Notes under the pieces: generated by a model
What the model saw: the letters and a program-made list of their open reading frames with translations, nothing else
The model's database searches: none
What the model was told of the DNA's origin: nothing
Assembly (NCBI RefSeq): GCF_036321535.1
Contig: NC_087437.1
Span: 104,844,001 to 104,908,000 of the forward strand
DNA length: 64,000 nucleotides
Source: Camelus dromedarius
Lineage: Eukaryota
Reading direction: 5' to 3'
Program-made: the position numbers and the translations under genes
In this document: piece after piece, positions 27,420-40,100 of the stretch
Layout: every line of letters starts with the position of its first letter
How positions within the stretch are numbered: the first letter of the stretch is position 1

Positions 27420-28600
27420 TGAATGTTCTCTTCTATATCTTATTTTTAAAATTAATAATTGCTACTTTATTTTCAGTTGCTTAGGTTTCTATAAGTACCA
27501 TACATAGAGGTCTTAAACACTTCCCCATACTGTTTTCTCCATGTTCTGTTCCATGGGTAATTTATCACTTCCAATCCCTAATCATGGAAAGTCCTGCCGG
27601 TGCCCCCTTGGCCCCATCTGGAGTGTCTGCTCTCCTGGCCTGATGTAAAGCCTTCTTTCACTCTCCTATTCTGAATTCTCCATCTCCTTTTACATCCTCC
27701 CTCCTTCTTTGCTCCTCCTTTTTGATGAAACATATTTTCTGGCAGTTTCCTAAGTGCAGGAAAGGTTAGCTTTTTACTCCTCATGTATCTCAAAATACCT
27801 TTAATCTCCTTTATCTTGGATTAAAAGTGTGGCTTTATTAGACTTTAGGCTGGAAATCCGTCCCCCTCAGGATTACAGTACATTGCTCTATTGTATTTAA
27901 GTTCTTGATGTTACCCTTTGGAAGGTACAGGCATGTCTTTCTCATGATTATTTTGTGTGATCTTTTCATTGTCTGTGTTGTTTCATTCTTTTAAAATCTT
28001 TTCTCAAAGGAATCAGGATTTCCTCCTTATTTCTAGTATTTAATAATTTCACAGACACACATTGTGGTGTATGAGTGTTCAGGGATATTTGGCAAGGGGA
28101 TGAGGGGGTCGAGATTAAATTGGTTGCCTGTTCAGCCATTGCAATCTGGAGACCGTGTCCTTCAATTAAGGCAAATTTTCCTGTTCTATTTGAGAATTTT
28201 TCTCTACCTTACTTTGTTTGTTTGTTTGTTTTCTTCCCAGATCTCTGAACAGTCTAATAATGAATCCCCTGGATTAATCATTTAGTATTTTAGCTTTTTA
28301 TTTCTTTTATCTTTTTATATTTTTGTTCTTATTTCTGGTAGACTTCAGCAATTTCATTTGGATTTTTTTCTTATCTCATTTCTAATGTCAAAGCTATTAC
28401 TGTCTATTTTTTCTGGTATGGTTTTGAGCTCCTGTATTGGTTTTGTGGGTGAAATAACTTTCTTTTTTTAGTGGAAGATATTAATTCATTATTACTTTTG
28501 TCTTATTTTGAAAATTTTTCCTGCACTGGAATTTTTGACTGTGTGATTTAGTTTTCTCCAATTTTCTCAAGATACTTGCATGTTGCCTCGGTTTCCCTTT
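27420..28600 (-). mobile_element. Ancient L1 (L1ME-like) fragment
   Basis: T-rich strand with degenerate antisense L1 vocabulary. Confidence 0.45.
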
Positions 28601-30110
28601 CATATTTTAATTATTAGTCAAATACCTGGAGAAACTAGGAAGTCTAGGATTGCCCTAAGAGCAAGGGCAAAAATTCAACCAGTGGACTTTGGTACACAGT
28701 AATCTGTATCAAATGTGCTTCATTAGTCAATGAAATGCTAGCACAATGCATATATTACCCTGGGGACCAGTTTTGTCTATTTTTCATGTATATGTTATGA
28801 AAATTGGAATAGGGCATGTTTACTGTGAGTGGATAAGCTCCGGAACAAGTGGAGGTAGGGAGCTAGGGAGCTTTCCTGCTCAGGAGACAGATTTCAGCTG
28901 AATTCCTCATTTTAAGTCTTCAGTCACATTTTTTACTTTTTTGGTGCATTAGGTCCCAATGAGCAGGTCCTTATTGATTCCATTTTCTCAGAATAGCAGC
29001 TTCCAATCTAAGTATGAGGAGGAAACATAAGGAGGAAGCAGTTGCCTTATCGTGGTGGGTAACAGAGGCTACATGGGGATAGAACTGCTCTCTCTATAAA
29101 TGCTTACTACCTTTCTAATTTTAGCACCACTGTGCAACACCTCCATATTATCTGCCGTCCATGTGTCTTCTTACACTGGTCCTAAGCCTGTCCATTGTCT
29201 TGTAGTAAATTGTTATCCCCCTTTTTCTGCCAGTCTATATGTGGCATCTTTCTCTGCTGAGCTGGTTACCAATTGCATCCTAAGCACTGGGTCCAGTGGT
29301 CTTATGTTCAGCTTGATAGTGAATCTCAAGAGACACAATGAGCATTTATTTCCACATTCATTCAGTTTTTTAGGAAAATACAGTAAAAGCAGCATAACAA
29401 AAGGGAAGTCTCATGACTCCTGGGTGTGGATTCTGACGTACCAGAGTTGTTCTGAACGTTGGCATACACGGTTATCAGAGATAAGCGAGGGGGGTATAGA
29501 GACCAATTCAGCTCAGGGAAACTGTCAATTCTTGAATCTCTTCAAGGTTTATGTATATTTTAATCAAGTATCCATGTGTTTTGTTCAGTTTTAGGTGATT
29601 TTTTCCCATTCTGTAGTGCAAATACATCCATGGGTTTTTCATTAACTACAGGTTATTTCAGTTTAAAAAAAAAAGCAAAAAATCCTCAGGTTGGGAACGT
29701 AACTTCAGTAAAACTCTCATTTATCTTGGTTGGATATTCCTATACATTTCTTAAGAGTTACTAATTCAAGAACCCAAGCTCCTCAGACAACTTTAAGAAA
29801 ATAACAGAAAGCCACTTCTATGCTTTTGTTGGACAAATCATTTGCTTATTACTTTCCTATCATTAAAAAAATACATCATTTTCTGTCTCCTTTTCTCTTC
29901 TCCTAAACTCATTGATCTGAATTTCTAAATTTCTGTTATTCTTCTTCCTGTCATTTAAGTATAATTATTAAGAAATACTTGCACATGCTTTTAATCTAAC
30001 GTGTAACCAGACATGCCTAAGATTCAGCAAATTTTGATTGTGTTTACAGGAAAAAAATATTAAAGAGAAGAAAGGCTATTCTAATACAGCTTCCTGCAAT
30101 TAGAGAAAAT

Positions 30111-30177
30111 AAAAATAGAAACCCAAGGATAATTACGATCTAACAAAAATAGAAACCAAGGATAATTATGAGCTAAC
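30111..30177. repeat. Two-copy tandem duplication of a 33-34 bp unit
   Basis: aaaaatagaaac(c)caaggataatta(c/t)ga(t/g)ctaac twice. Confidence 0.9.
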
Positions 30178-30192
30178 ACCCACTCACATCAG

Positions 30193-30287
30193 CTAAACAA
30201 AGCATGTGAGAAAGAGCAACGTCCAGCAGGAATTTTGTAGAGCAGTCTAAGTCCAGCAGATATCTCAAAGCCAACTCTCATTATGAA
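30193..30287 (+). pseudogene. Exon remnant, start of module 2: LNKACEKEQRPAG/FVEQSKSSRYLKANSHYE
   Basis: ctaac branch-like site then catcag acceptor; GAA|gtgaga donor. C....G.FV...Y pattern parallels the 6505 exon; one frameshift. Confidence 0.5.
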
Positions 30288-31274
30288 GTGAGATAAATAG
30301 ACCAAAGACTTATTGCTATTTAATATGAGTCTTCTTTGGCAGATCCTTGAAAGACATAATGGGGTATTTGTAAGTTCATTTTTACAGATAGATAATAACC
30401 AAGTAACAAAAGTAATTGATTATGAATTAGCTCAGGATATTGTTGCAAACTAAGTATTGTCCTTAAATATTTTTCTACAGTAGCATGTGGATGCTAATTT
30501 GCATGTTGCATTTTTAAGGAAACTCTAAAGTTACCATTTACTGAAAGTATTATCTTTCAAAACACAGTTGTTTTGGCAAAAGAACACAGAAGCAGAATGT
30601 ACAAAATTGCTTTTCTCTTCCATCTGAGGCTCTTGCCAGAAGTCACCCAAAAGCCATTAATTGCCAGAATGCATTACATTACAGTTAACGCGATTTTGGA
30701 AAAAAAAAATTCTACTATCAATGTAGAAAATTAACTGTTTGCACTGTATAATTGGATCATAACAAATGAAACTAATGGATTGAAGTCCATGAAATAAAAA
30801 ACTTCCATTTAATAAAAAATAAATTTCTTACTCAAATATCCAAATTGGCAAGTTTATGAGTATCGTATAGAAATGACCGATTCTCAGTCTCTAAATGAGA
30901 CTTGAATAGCCAGACTCTGTGGTCCAACTTTTACCTCAAAACAAAAAACATTCCCACAAAGAGTCACATTTGGAGAGTCTGTATTTAATTAAAAAAAAAT
31001 TAAATATCCCTGATGATGATTCAAATCATTATGTTTTAGAAGACTCCTAGCCTTGTGATGGCACATTTAGCAAAATACATCAGAAACCTGTTAAGCAGAT
31101 TAGTTTATTGTGCCAGTGTTTTATTAGCTTAACAGATCTATTTATTTAAGAGGACCCCACAGCCTTATAAAATACATTTTATTTGGTACTCACGGTGCAG
31201 CTACTTAGGGAAATTTGCATACTGGCATCGACTTCCATTGGCACCTTAGGGATTACCATTTTACTCCAGGATCC

Positions 31275-32048
31275 AATTTCTACGAATAATTTAGTGCAGC
31301 AAATTGAATTTGTTATATGGGCTGTTACCTGGAATTCAAAACTACAGGCGAAAGGCACAGTCCTGGAGACTGCTAAGGTGGTCCCCAAGAGTTCTGACAC
31401 TAATGGCAAGTTCAAGAGTTTCCCTAACTATCCAAGTTCGAAAATTTACTGGAAAGACTCAGAGAGCTCACTGTAATCTAGTATCCTCAGTGTCACATTT
31501 ATTACAGAAGAAGGATTCCAATTAGAACCAGTCAAAGGAAGAGACCCATAAGGTAGAATCTGGGGGAAGCCCAAAGGTGGAGCTCCCAGGAGTCCTTTCC
31601 TTGCGTGGTCACAGAGAGCATCACTTACTCCTGACCATGATATGTGAGAACATGCGTAGAACTTGCCAACCAAGGGAGTTCACTCAAGTCTTGGTGTCCA
31701 TTGTTTTTACTGGAGTTTCATTACATAGGCAAGATTGATTAATTAGTTGCTCAAGTGGTTAAACTAGATCTGGAGATCAACTGACTTCATGTAACAGAAA
31801 GCCTCCACCCTTTAAACATATGGTTGTTCTTTCTGCAAGAAGAGCCCCTGCCCTAAGACTATTGCGTGTGGCCTTACCCACCCTCAACTATCTTGTTATC
31901 AAGCACCAGCTGTGGTTCAGGGGGCTCACCAGGAAGAATAAAGACACTTCTGTCACTCAGGGAACTTCATGTGTTTGGAGATTACCTCTGAGGAGCCAGG
32001 ACAAAGACCAGAACTCTCTGGGACAAAGTCTAAATTCTTTACTACGCA
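31275..32048 (-). mobile_element. MER21-like solo LTR
   Basis: Reverse complement starts tgcgtagtaaagaattt; internal aagactca.aga.ctcactg and aggcacagtcc motifs. Confidence 0.7.
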
Positions 32049-32522
32049 GTCATTTGTTCTTTTCCTTTTCATAAGATCTACAAGGAAATAACAACAATGC
32101 CAATGAAATAAAAGATTGTAATCACATCACAATCATATTGTGATCTTTAGTGTGACCACAGATAGAGAATCTTTTAAGACCTCCATTTAAATTTACAGTT
32201 TTAACCTCTGAATTTTTTCTCTGTTTTTATGACTGGATGATGTATGCTTCTCTATGAAATAAAACATATAACATCATAATCAATAAGAAATGTACACTTA
32301 TTTTGTCAAGAGATGTCTGATTACTATGGGAGGAGTAACTATATAATTGTATTACCTAAAAAAGCAATTTTGAAAATCCAGAAGCAGAAGAATTAAGATA
32401 AAATAGCAAAGGCTTAATTGAAATGTCAGAGAATATGAATGCAGGTAAATAAAATGTGGGATGCTTACTAATGTTACACATAGTATTAAAGCTGAGTGTA
32501 ATGTGCAGATTAAATTGTTCTA

Positions 32523-32683
32523 CCTACAGGACCTACTGTATAGCACAGGGAGCTGTGTTCAATTTCTTGTACTATATAATGGAAAGAATCTGATAAAAAA
32601 GCATATATGTATAACTGAATCACTTTGCTGTACACATGAAACTAACATTGTAAATCAACTATACTTCAATATTTTTTTTTAAA
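32523..32683 (+). mobile_element. Short 5'-truncated artiodactyl-type L1 3' end with target-site duplication
   Basis: gacctactgtatagcacaggga...tatgtataactgaatcactttgctgtacac..gaaactaac; flanked by taaattgttcta / taaagtgttcta. Confidence 0.85.
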
Positions 32684-32879
32684 TAAAGTGTTCTATTGAA
32701 GATTGTACCTGCCCCTACTCTTTATTACATGAAAGAAGAAGGTTAAAGAGCTTGGAATATTATGGAAAGAAAAAGAAAAAGAAATTAGAATAAAGTGGAG
32801 AAGAAAAAACTAACATTTGTTGAATACTTCTAGAAGTCAAACAGTTTATAAAACACTTTATTCTATGTAAAAAGAGATA

Positions 32880-33580
32880 CTAGTGTGTGGTGGTTAGAGC
32901 ATGGATTGACAAACCAGACCACCTTCATTCCAATATCAATTGTCCATTTACTAGTGGGGTGACCTAAGGTAAATTGTCACTCTCTTGGGAAGTTCATTTC
33001 TTTCTATTGTCAAATGAAAATAAAACTAATGTCTACCTCGTAAGGTGTTATGAATTAAATTGTGATCCCCTGAAAAGATTTGTCCACACCCTAATTCCCA
33101 GTATCTGTGAATGTAACCTTCTTTGGAAATAGAATCTTTGTAGATGTCATCAATTTAAGATGAAGTAATTAAGATGGGCCTTAATCCAATATATATGGTG
33201 TCCTTATAAGAAGAGGAAAATATCACATGAAGAGACAGAGGAGGAGCACCATCTGGTGACTGAGGCAGAGACTGGATTGATATGTCTCAAATCATGGACA
33301 ACCAAGGATTGATGACCTTGGCCAACAGCCAGGAAGAGGAAAGGAAGAATTCTACCCAGAGCTTCAGAGGTAGCATGACTTTGCTTAAACTTTATTTCAG
33401 ACTTCTAACTTCCAGCACTGTGAGAATAAAGGTCTGTTATTTTAAGCCAGCTAGTCTGAGGTACTTTGTTATGGCAGCCTTGGGCATCTAATACACAGAG
33501 TAAGTATTACTGGGTATATGAAGTGACTATAAGTATTATAAGAACTCAGAAGGCCTCGAATGTAGTAAGCACTTTATTTA
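32880..33580 (+). mobile_element. MIR SINE split by an MLT1 LTR
   Basis: MIR core at 32880-33045 resumes after 33500. Confidence 0.6.
33046..33495 (+). mobile_element. MaLR solo LTR (MLT1C/D-like)
   Basis: TG...CA ends; ctgtgaatgtaacctt.tttggaaatag..tctttg.agatgt; gtactttgttatggcagcc...ctaataca. Confidence 0.9.
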
Positions 33581-34588
33581 CTCTTTTTAATTCTGATAAA
33601 CACATAATGACTTGCAGAAAAATATAAATAAATTAGAACGTGATTCTGACCTATTGACAATCTAGAAGACTTTATTCTTAGACATAACCTGGAATATTAC
33701 AACTTCTGGATAGGAAACCCAATGTCATATTTTACCCCCTACATATAGTTAAATTAATGACTGAGGAAGGGAACTCAAACATTGTTTTTTATTGAAGGTC
33801 AGTACTAAGAAGTTATGAAAAATCAGATATTCCATCACATAAATAGAAATGTGAATAAACAAGCAGAAACTTATAGTTGAAAAGCTATATTTAAAACATC
33901 AAGAGGAAAACCAAATTAAGTTTTATGTGCAAATGCCATCAACATTTGTCATTAAAAATATTGTGTTTTCTGTGCACACATCTATGTCCCCATTTCCAGA
34001 TTAAAATTCACATCACTTATAACCAGCTAAAGTTATTTTAGACATCCCAAATATTATAAAGAGATATCAAAGACCAAGTTTACTTTCATCAACATGAATT
34101 GGACAACACTCTATTTAATAAACCCAGGAAACTACTTGGAAGTAGAGTTAGTCGTCATAATCAATTTACAAAAAAAAAAATTTCAGATGAGTCTGAAGAA
34201 ATGAATGTATTAGACTTTTAGTGTAAGTTAACTATTATACTTGAAAAAGTCCAATTTAACAAAGAACATCAGCTTTAACCTATGATTTTATTAATAACCA
34301 CGTGAGGTCAGTTTTATGCACAATAAACCAGGAACGCAAGTTCATTTTGTTCCTTTATTGCACTAATATTCTCTCCTACTTCTAAAACACAATAGAATGT
34401 AATCAAATATCTCCATTTCTATGAAAGTGTTGATGAAAAATATAATGATAGATGGGCAGGAGGTAAATTACACTTTTCTATCAGATCTTGCATGTGTGTG
34501 GAAACCATTGTTATGCAAATGACTGGAGGGTTTTCTCAATATTTTACTTGCTTTCACTACTATATTAACATACTATTTTTTCAAAAAG

Positions 34589-34664
34589 ATGTTCCAAAAG
34601 GATGTATCATGTTCACTCTTCGTGAAAGCTGATTTAACCATTGCCTGCTTTTGAAAGAAAAAAG
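34589..34664 (+). pseudogene. Exon remnant module 2: MFQKDVSCSLFVKAD/NHCLLLKEK
   Basis: AG at 34587-88, AG|gtgtaa donor; SC.......F..C of PMR5N with one 1-nt frameshift. Confidence 0.55.
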
Positions 34665-34802
34665 GTGTAAAAAATTGAATTTGTATAGACGTATCTTTGA
34701 ATTTACTTTAAGCTCTCCCAATAAGTCTATTTTTGAAGAAAGCTTTTATTACAAGAAGCAGAGGTTTTGCTACTATATTTGTTTAATGTCATTGCTTTTA
34801 AG

Positions 34803-34858
34803 ATGGCGATGAAAAACAATACGGCGTTTGATTTCTTGCCTACAAGCAGAAAATGCCG
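34803..34858 (+). pseudogene. Exon remnant module 2: DGDEKQYGV*/FLPTSRKCR
   Basis: ttttaag acceptor; donor appears mutated (ctaagt). Y..W(TGA)..P....C pattern; locally CpG-retaining. Confidence 0.5.
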
Positions 34859-35000
34859 CTAAGTTTTCTCTCTACAAAAGATGTTATCTTTCCCATTTCC
34901 CTTTATTCACTGAAACAGATTCTGTGAAATTGTTTCTTATTAGAGTAGTTTGCATTGTTTTGTACTTGTAACACTTTACATTTTCTATTTTTTTTTTTAG

Positions 35001-35114
35001 ATAAATTTGTCTAAAATGAATATTCAAAATATATCAGCTTTTATAAACAATTCACTTCAATTTTCAGGTCAGCTGGGTTACAAACAACTAAATCTGTCCT
35101 AGAAAAGAAAGCTT
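35001..35114 (+). pseudogene. Exon remnant module 2: GDSL-like block (KYISF/INNSLQ...QL/IC)
   Basis: Strong poly-T/AG acceptor. AAC AAT TCA CTT (35046-35057) sits at the GDSL position with Ser kept. Donor after 35114 (gtatgg) or after 35067 (gtcagc). Confidence 0.55.
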
Positions 35115-35674
35115 GTATGGGGAAAAGGCCACCTAGCAAATTAATTTGACAAATCAACACAGCTTCAGTCTTTTTCAATAAGAACTTTAAAAATTTTTTT
35201 TGAGTGTTGTAGCAATCAAAGATTTTATCTAGTCATTCGAAGTGCACATATACATAGTGAGTGTCAGGACAATATTCCTGAGACCCTATTCAGAGTATTT
35301 TCTTTCATACAGTTAACAGGTAGGATTTTCTAGTTTGTTTCATTGTGCATCAGAATTTTGAAAACATTTTTCAAGCTATTCCACAGCATTTACCAGGAAA
35401 CAATACTGAAGCATATTTAGCTAATCACATAATAGAATATACAGTAAAACTCCTTAGGGGTAATAAACCACTTCTTTAAGACTTACTTTGATTTTTCAAT
35501 AATATTTCTCATGAATTTAAAGATAGAAAATACACATCTTAATATAAATACAAACAAAAGAAATTCAGAAGAGAAACCAGGTAACTAAAGATACAGATTC
35601 TAAAAAAACAAAAGAGTACTTCATACTTCATAGCTAAGCTTTTTAAAAATTTTGTGTGTGTGGTTGTGACCTAG

Positions 35675-35855
35675 TTATTGATTTATTTAATTTTTTAATA
35701 GTTTTTGTTTATTTATTTATTTATGTTTTGTTTGTTTGGGGGGGAGGGGATATAACTTGGTTTATTTATTTATTTTTGATGGAGGCACTGGGGATTGAAC
35801 CCAGGACCTCGTGCATGCTAAGCATGCACTGTACCACTAAGCTATACCCTCTCCC
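35675..35855 (-). mobile_element. tRNA-derived SINE, camelid Vic-1-like
   Basis: Reverse complement gggagagggtatagcttagtggtacagtgcatgcttagcatgcacgaggtcctgggttcaatccccagtgcctcc (A and B boxes) followed by an (AAAT)n-rich tail. Confidence 0.85.
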
Positions 35856-36310
35856 TGTTACTTTTTTTTTTTTAATTCATTTTTGCCTTCAGGCTGAAGC
35901 TGTAAACATTATGAAGCAAGATATCAGAGAGAAGGTTTGGAAAACCAGTTAACTAACTTACCTATAAAAACACTTCTTTTTGGAAATACGTTTAATTTTC
36001 ATAGAGCTTCCTCTTTTCCTGTCCCATGAAATCCTTCTATGGCCTCTGATTCCTACTCCCTTTATGAACTATGAGCATTTAGCCAATTCCAGGACACTCT
36101 TTGATTCCAGTAGATAATTATTTGAAATTTTAGCCAGAATATTTAAATTTTAAACTTTTATTGAATATAGTATCTTTTGATGTGAATCTCTGCAGGAATG
36201 GTTTATGCTTTAAACCAAAATTATAGTTTTTTCTATTCAAATCCTATTTCCTCCAAATTTAATTTGTTAGACTTCTTCTTAATAATTTGCCACTTCTCAC
36301 CAAAGTGAAA

Positions 36311-36339
36311 CACACACATACACACACACACACACACAC
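36311..36339. repeat. (CA)n microsatellite
   Basis: Seen directly. Confidence 0.9.
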
Positions 36340-37049
36340 CCTACTTACTAAAGTAGCTACTTGGAAGAGAGAATGGAATTGTGGGTGTTGGTCAAAAAAT
36401 AATTTTGTTTAATTTTTAATGTTTAATATGTACAAAACAATAAATATTCTACTAAGACAAAGGGCTGACTTTTTAAAGTCAAAGCAAAATCTGAATTTGA
36501 GTGGGTCCCTCAGCATAAATGAGATGTACAGTGATGCATGCCACCCTAATCTTACAGTCATCATCAGCTGCTCAGATAATATTAGAAGTACCTGTAAAAG
36601 AGGTGCGCAAACATGATTCTTTGGCAGAGAGCAAATGTGATTAAGTGAAGGCTTCTCAAATTTGGGACCTGAAAGAACCCGAGGCAGCTAGCTGCCCATT
36701 AAAACTCATCTGAAAGACAAATTGCTACCTGATTGGTCACAACTGTTCCTACTAACACAGGACATCAGATGATTATAAGGACACAGTATGGCCACCGTTC
36801 ATGATGCAAAAAAAGATTGGAAGGGGACAACACAAACACAATACATGGAGTAACTTGTAAGTTGAAAAAGGATATTTAAGAGCATGCTGAAATAGAAATT
36901 GATGGCACACGCCATGTAGACAATCATACACACAGGGCAGAGAGTCATCCCATCACAAGTAATTTAAACACTCGGATTCCCTCCTGCGAGATAAAGCAGG
37001 TTGTCTGAATCAGCTGCATTTTCGTCTTGTCATTCCAACACACTATCAG

Positions 37050-37128
37050 GCCAGCAGTTTCTGTGGAGCGTGTTTTAATGCAACAGTAAATAGTGCCTAC
37101 GGTCACGAGTCTACTCCCACACTTCATG
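37050..37128 (+). pseudogene. Exon remnant module 2: ASSFCGACFNATVNSAYGHESTPTLH
   Basis: ctatcag acceptor, consensus G|gtaagt donor, 79 nt open in phase 0 to 1. Confidence 0.6.
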
Positions 37129-40100
37129 GTAAGTCAGTTCCCTGGCTGAAGACTCTGTTGTGATATATGCACTTAATAAACCATAAGTCCCTAGATAGTG
37201 GTGCTGCCTGAACCTTGTGGAAAGAAAAGCAAATACTAACCTGAAGAATGTGTTTATTTTTGGGAAAATAAACCATTATTCCTTCCAGAATAAAAGGAGA
37301 CCAATGTAGGCAAATTGCCACCAAATATTCAATTGATTTACTGGAAGAATAAGGCCATATCAGGAACTCAGACTCGTTCTTCGTGTAGGAAATTTGGAAA
37401 TTCAAACTGGCAGTAGCTGGATAGGCCTTGATAAGTGTGAATGCAGGCTATTGGTTTCATGCATAACTTAACTTGGGCAAGTGTGACTTCCTCATTTGTA
37501 TGCCTATCATGGCAGCAGTGCACGTGCTGTTGATAAAAACTTGCTAACATCAACTTGCTAACTAATTATTTCACATTTTCTGGTGGGCTTAATATGCAAG
37601 ACAGAGATTCTAACACTTTCTGCCCACTGCCACCTATCCATCCACTTCTAACCCAATCCTTCTGGATTTTTAGGCTACCTAGACCTACCTACTGGTGGTG
37701 CTTTTTCTCGGCCCTGAAAGTATAATCTTCAACTTCCAATGGTTTGCAGCTGAATCTGCTCAACTTCTTAACTTGTTATATCCAACAGAAGCCAATTCAG
37801 GATTGGCAGTTCCAGGTACTTGATGATTATAAGTACCATGGTCAAGCCATTTATCTTTGCTAAGACCAGCATCAAAGAAGGGAATATTTTTCAAATAATA
37901 CATTGTTCTGCTGATAACATGGCTTTGCTTCAGAATGCTAGAACCCTGCGTGGCATATATACCCTACGGGTGCTTGTTATAAAGCCCATACCTCATCCTT
38001 TTTCACTGAAGACATCTCCAATAACTTAGTGTCTGTGGATTGTGGTTACAGGATGCAGCCAGGATAAGGGTTTCCACATAGCAGTTTGCATTATTTGACA
38101 TTCCTTGTTAATAGAGCACTCACACTTCCCTATAAATGTTCCAGGTGTGGGACAAAATGGGAAGAGAGAGAGATGGGATTGAAAATCTTTCGGATCAAAC
38201 ATCAAAAAGTCAAATTATTTATCACATTCATATAGCAGACGGAACCTAGAGTTTACTGGACAATGGTCTATAGCCACTACCTTAATTACCTGGACTGTGT
38301 AAACATAAAGGTCTATTTTCACTAACTTAATCACTAGTACTATATGGAGCATAAGAAAATGTAATTTCTTTGGGGATTTTACAGCAATTTAAATTGATGT
38401 CTGCTATGTCAAACAATAATATCTCTTCCATAGCTCTATGTTGTAACAAAACATTTGCAAGTTCATTTGTTTCTAAGTAGTAATTTTCCAGTATGAGAAA
38501 ATATTTTGAAAGGCTGAGTCAAAGCTCCCAAAACCAATTGGCTGTGGAAGAAAAATCGATTTAGCCTTAGAGAAAATTGTACATTCAATTAAATGTCTTC
38601 ATTAAGACTAATCAAATAGTCTAAATAACAGTGAATGATAGAGAAAAAGGAGCAACTGAGTTGTTAAAGAATATAGACCTGGGAAAACACATTATGTTGG
38701 CCAAATGCACTGTAGAGGAAATTTTTCTTCCCCTATTGGATGGTCCATATCTTGGTGGTCACTGAGGATTTGGTAGGGTAATTCTTAGTGTAAGGAATTG
38801 CATAAAAATGATCCAAGTCAAATATTGAAAGGTGATATAGGCAATAAGGTATTTACTGACATCAGAGGGTGAACTGGAAAAGAAGGCGCTTAAACAGATG
38901 GTCTGTTAACCATTTCTTCTCCAATTACTATAGGCTGGGTGCTCTTGGGAAGGAAAGAAAGAAGGCAAGTTTTCCAGTCTGATAGTCGTACAAAAATGAT
39001 AACTGAGCCTCTGGACAAATAAACAGACTAATATGAAGGTTGCTAAGAGAATATTCTTATCTGTGAAATGCTTTGAGCAATGATTTTCTTTTCTTGCATT
39101 GTTTATGATAAACAAACCTATAATACATGAATTTATGAAACATGACTCCTTGAAGAATAATTATCTGGGGTAAAAAAACAGATGTTTAATACCTTAAAGC
39201 TCTCTCCTGGGTGAAGTGACCTACCATCCTCATTTAAATACCTCATTTACTCTGGACCAGATAACAACATGTGTTGAACTTGAGAAGGGACAATTTGTGG
39301 AGCCAGTGGGTTGCCTTTTTTCTACATATTTGGCTTGTAACCTCATAGTTGTTTGTAAAGCTTGCTACAGGACACAGACTTTGATTTGTGTGATTCCAAT
39401 TGCACAATAAAATCTTTGTTTTGGCTGGTGTTCTGCTTTTTCAATACTTTACTGCAGTTGATTTTCTAATACTTCAGTGAGACTTTCTGTCTCAATTCAG
39501 AGTTAAATTGGTAGTTTTAACTTTTATGTGATCTTTTAACAATTTGGGTAACAAATGTATATTACTTTCCTTTATAAAAGGAATTGAGAAACATTCTATA
39601 TTTCTTTTTAAGTTTAGGTATAGTTATCCTAAGAAGTTACACAGAGACTTGAGCAGGTACCCATAATTTATTCTCACCACTAACTTAGTAGTTAAAGTGA
39701 TACAACCATCAGAACCCATTTGGTTTGTCACTGACATGAGGTTGTGTAGGAATCTCATTATGGATTGCAGATATCATAATCTTTTCTTCCTAGCACCATA
39801 TGGAACTCCAGGCTTCTGTGACAGTCCAGAAGGCTTGCCTCTGCTTGATGCTTGGAGCAAAGCCTGAGATTTTGCTTCATAAGGGGTTGGACCTGCTGAG
39901 ATCTATGGACCTGCTGAATTCTGTTGATGTTGGTCTAAAAGGACCCATGGGATGATGAGCTTCCACAGCTGCACAGTTGAGAAAGAACATTCCCTTGTGC
40001 TGGCAGGTTTGAGGGGAGGAGATACTAGGAAGTTGGGTGGAGGAGGGGCTGGAACATTGAAGGGGGCGTCTTCACAGAACTTCAGCTCAAATCAAGGGTC

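Noticed and set aside
35781..35855. Functional tRNA gene
   Set aside because: Followed by a SINE-type A-rich tail and diverged from a canonical cloverleaf.
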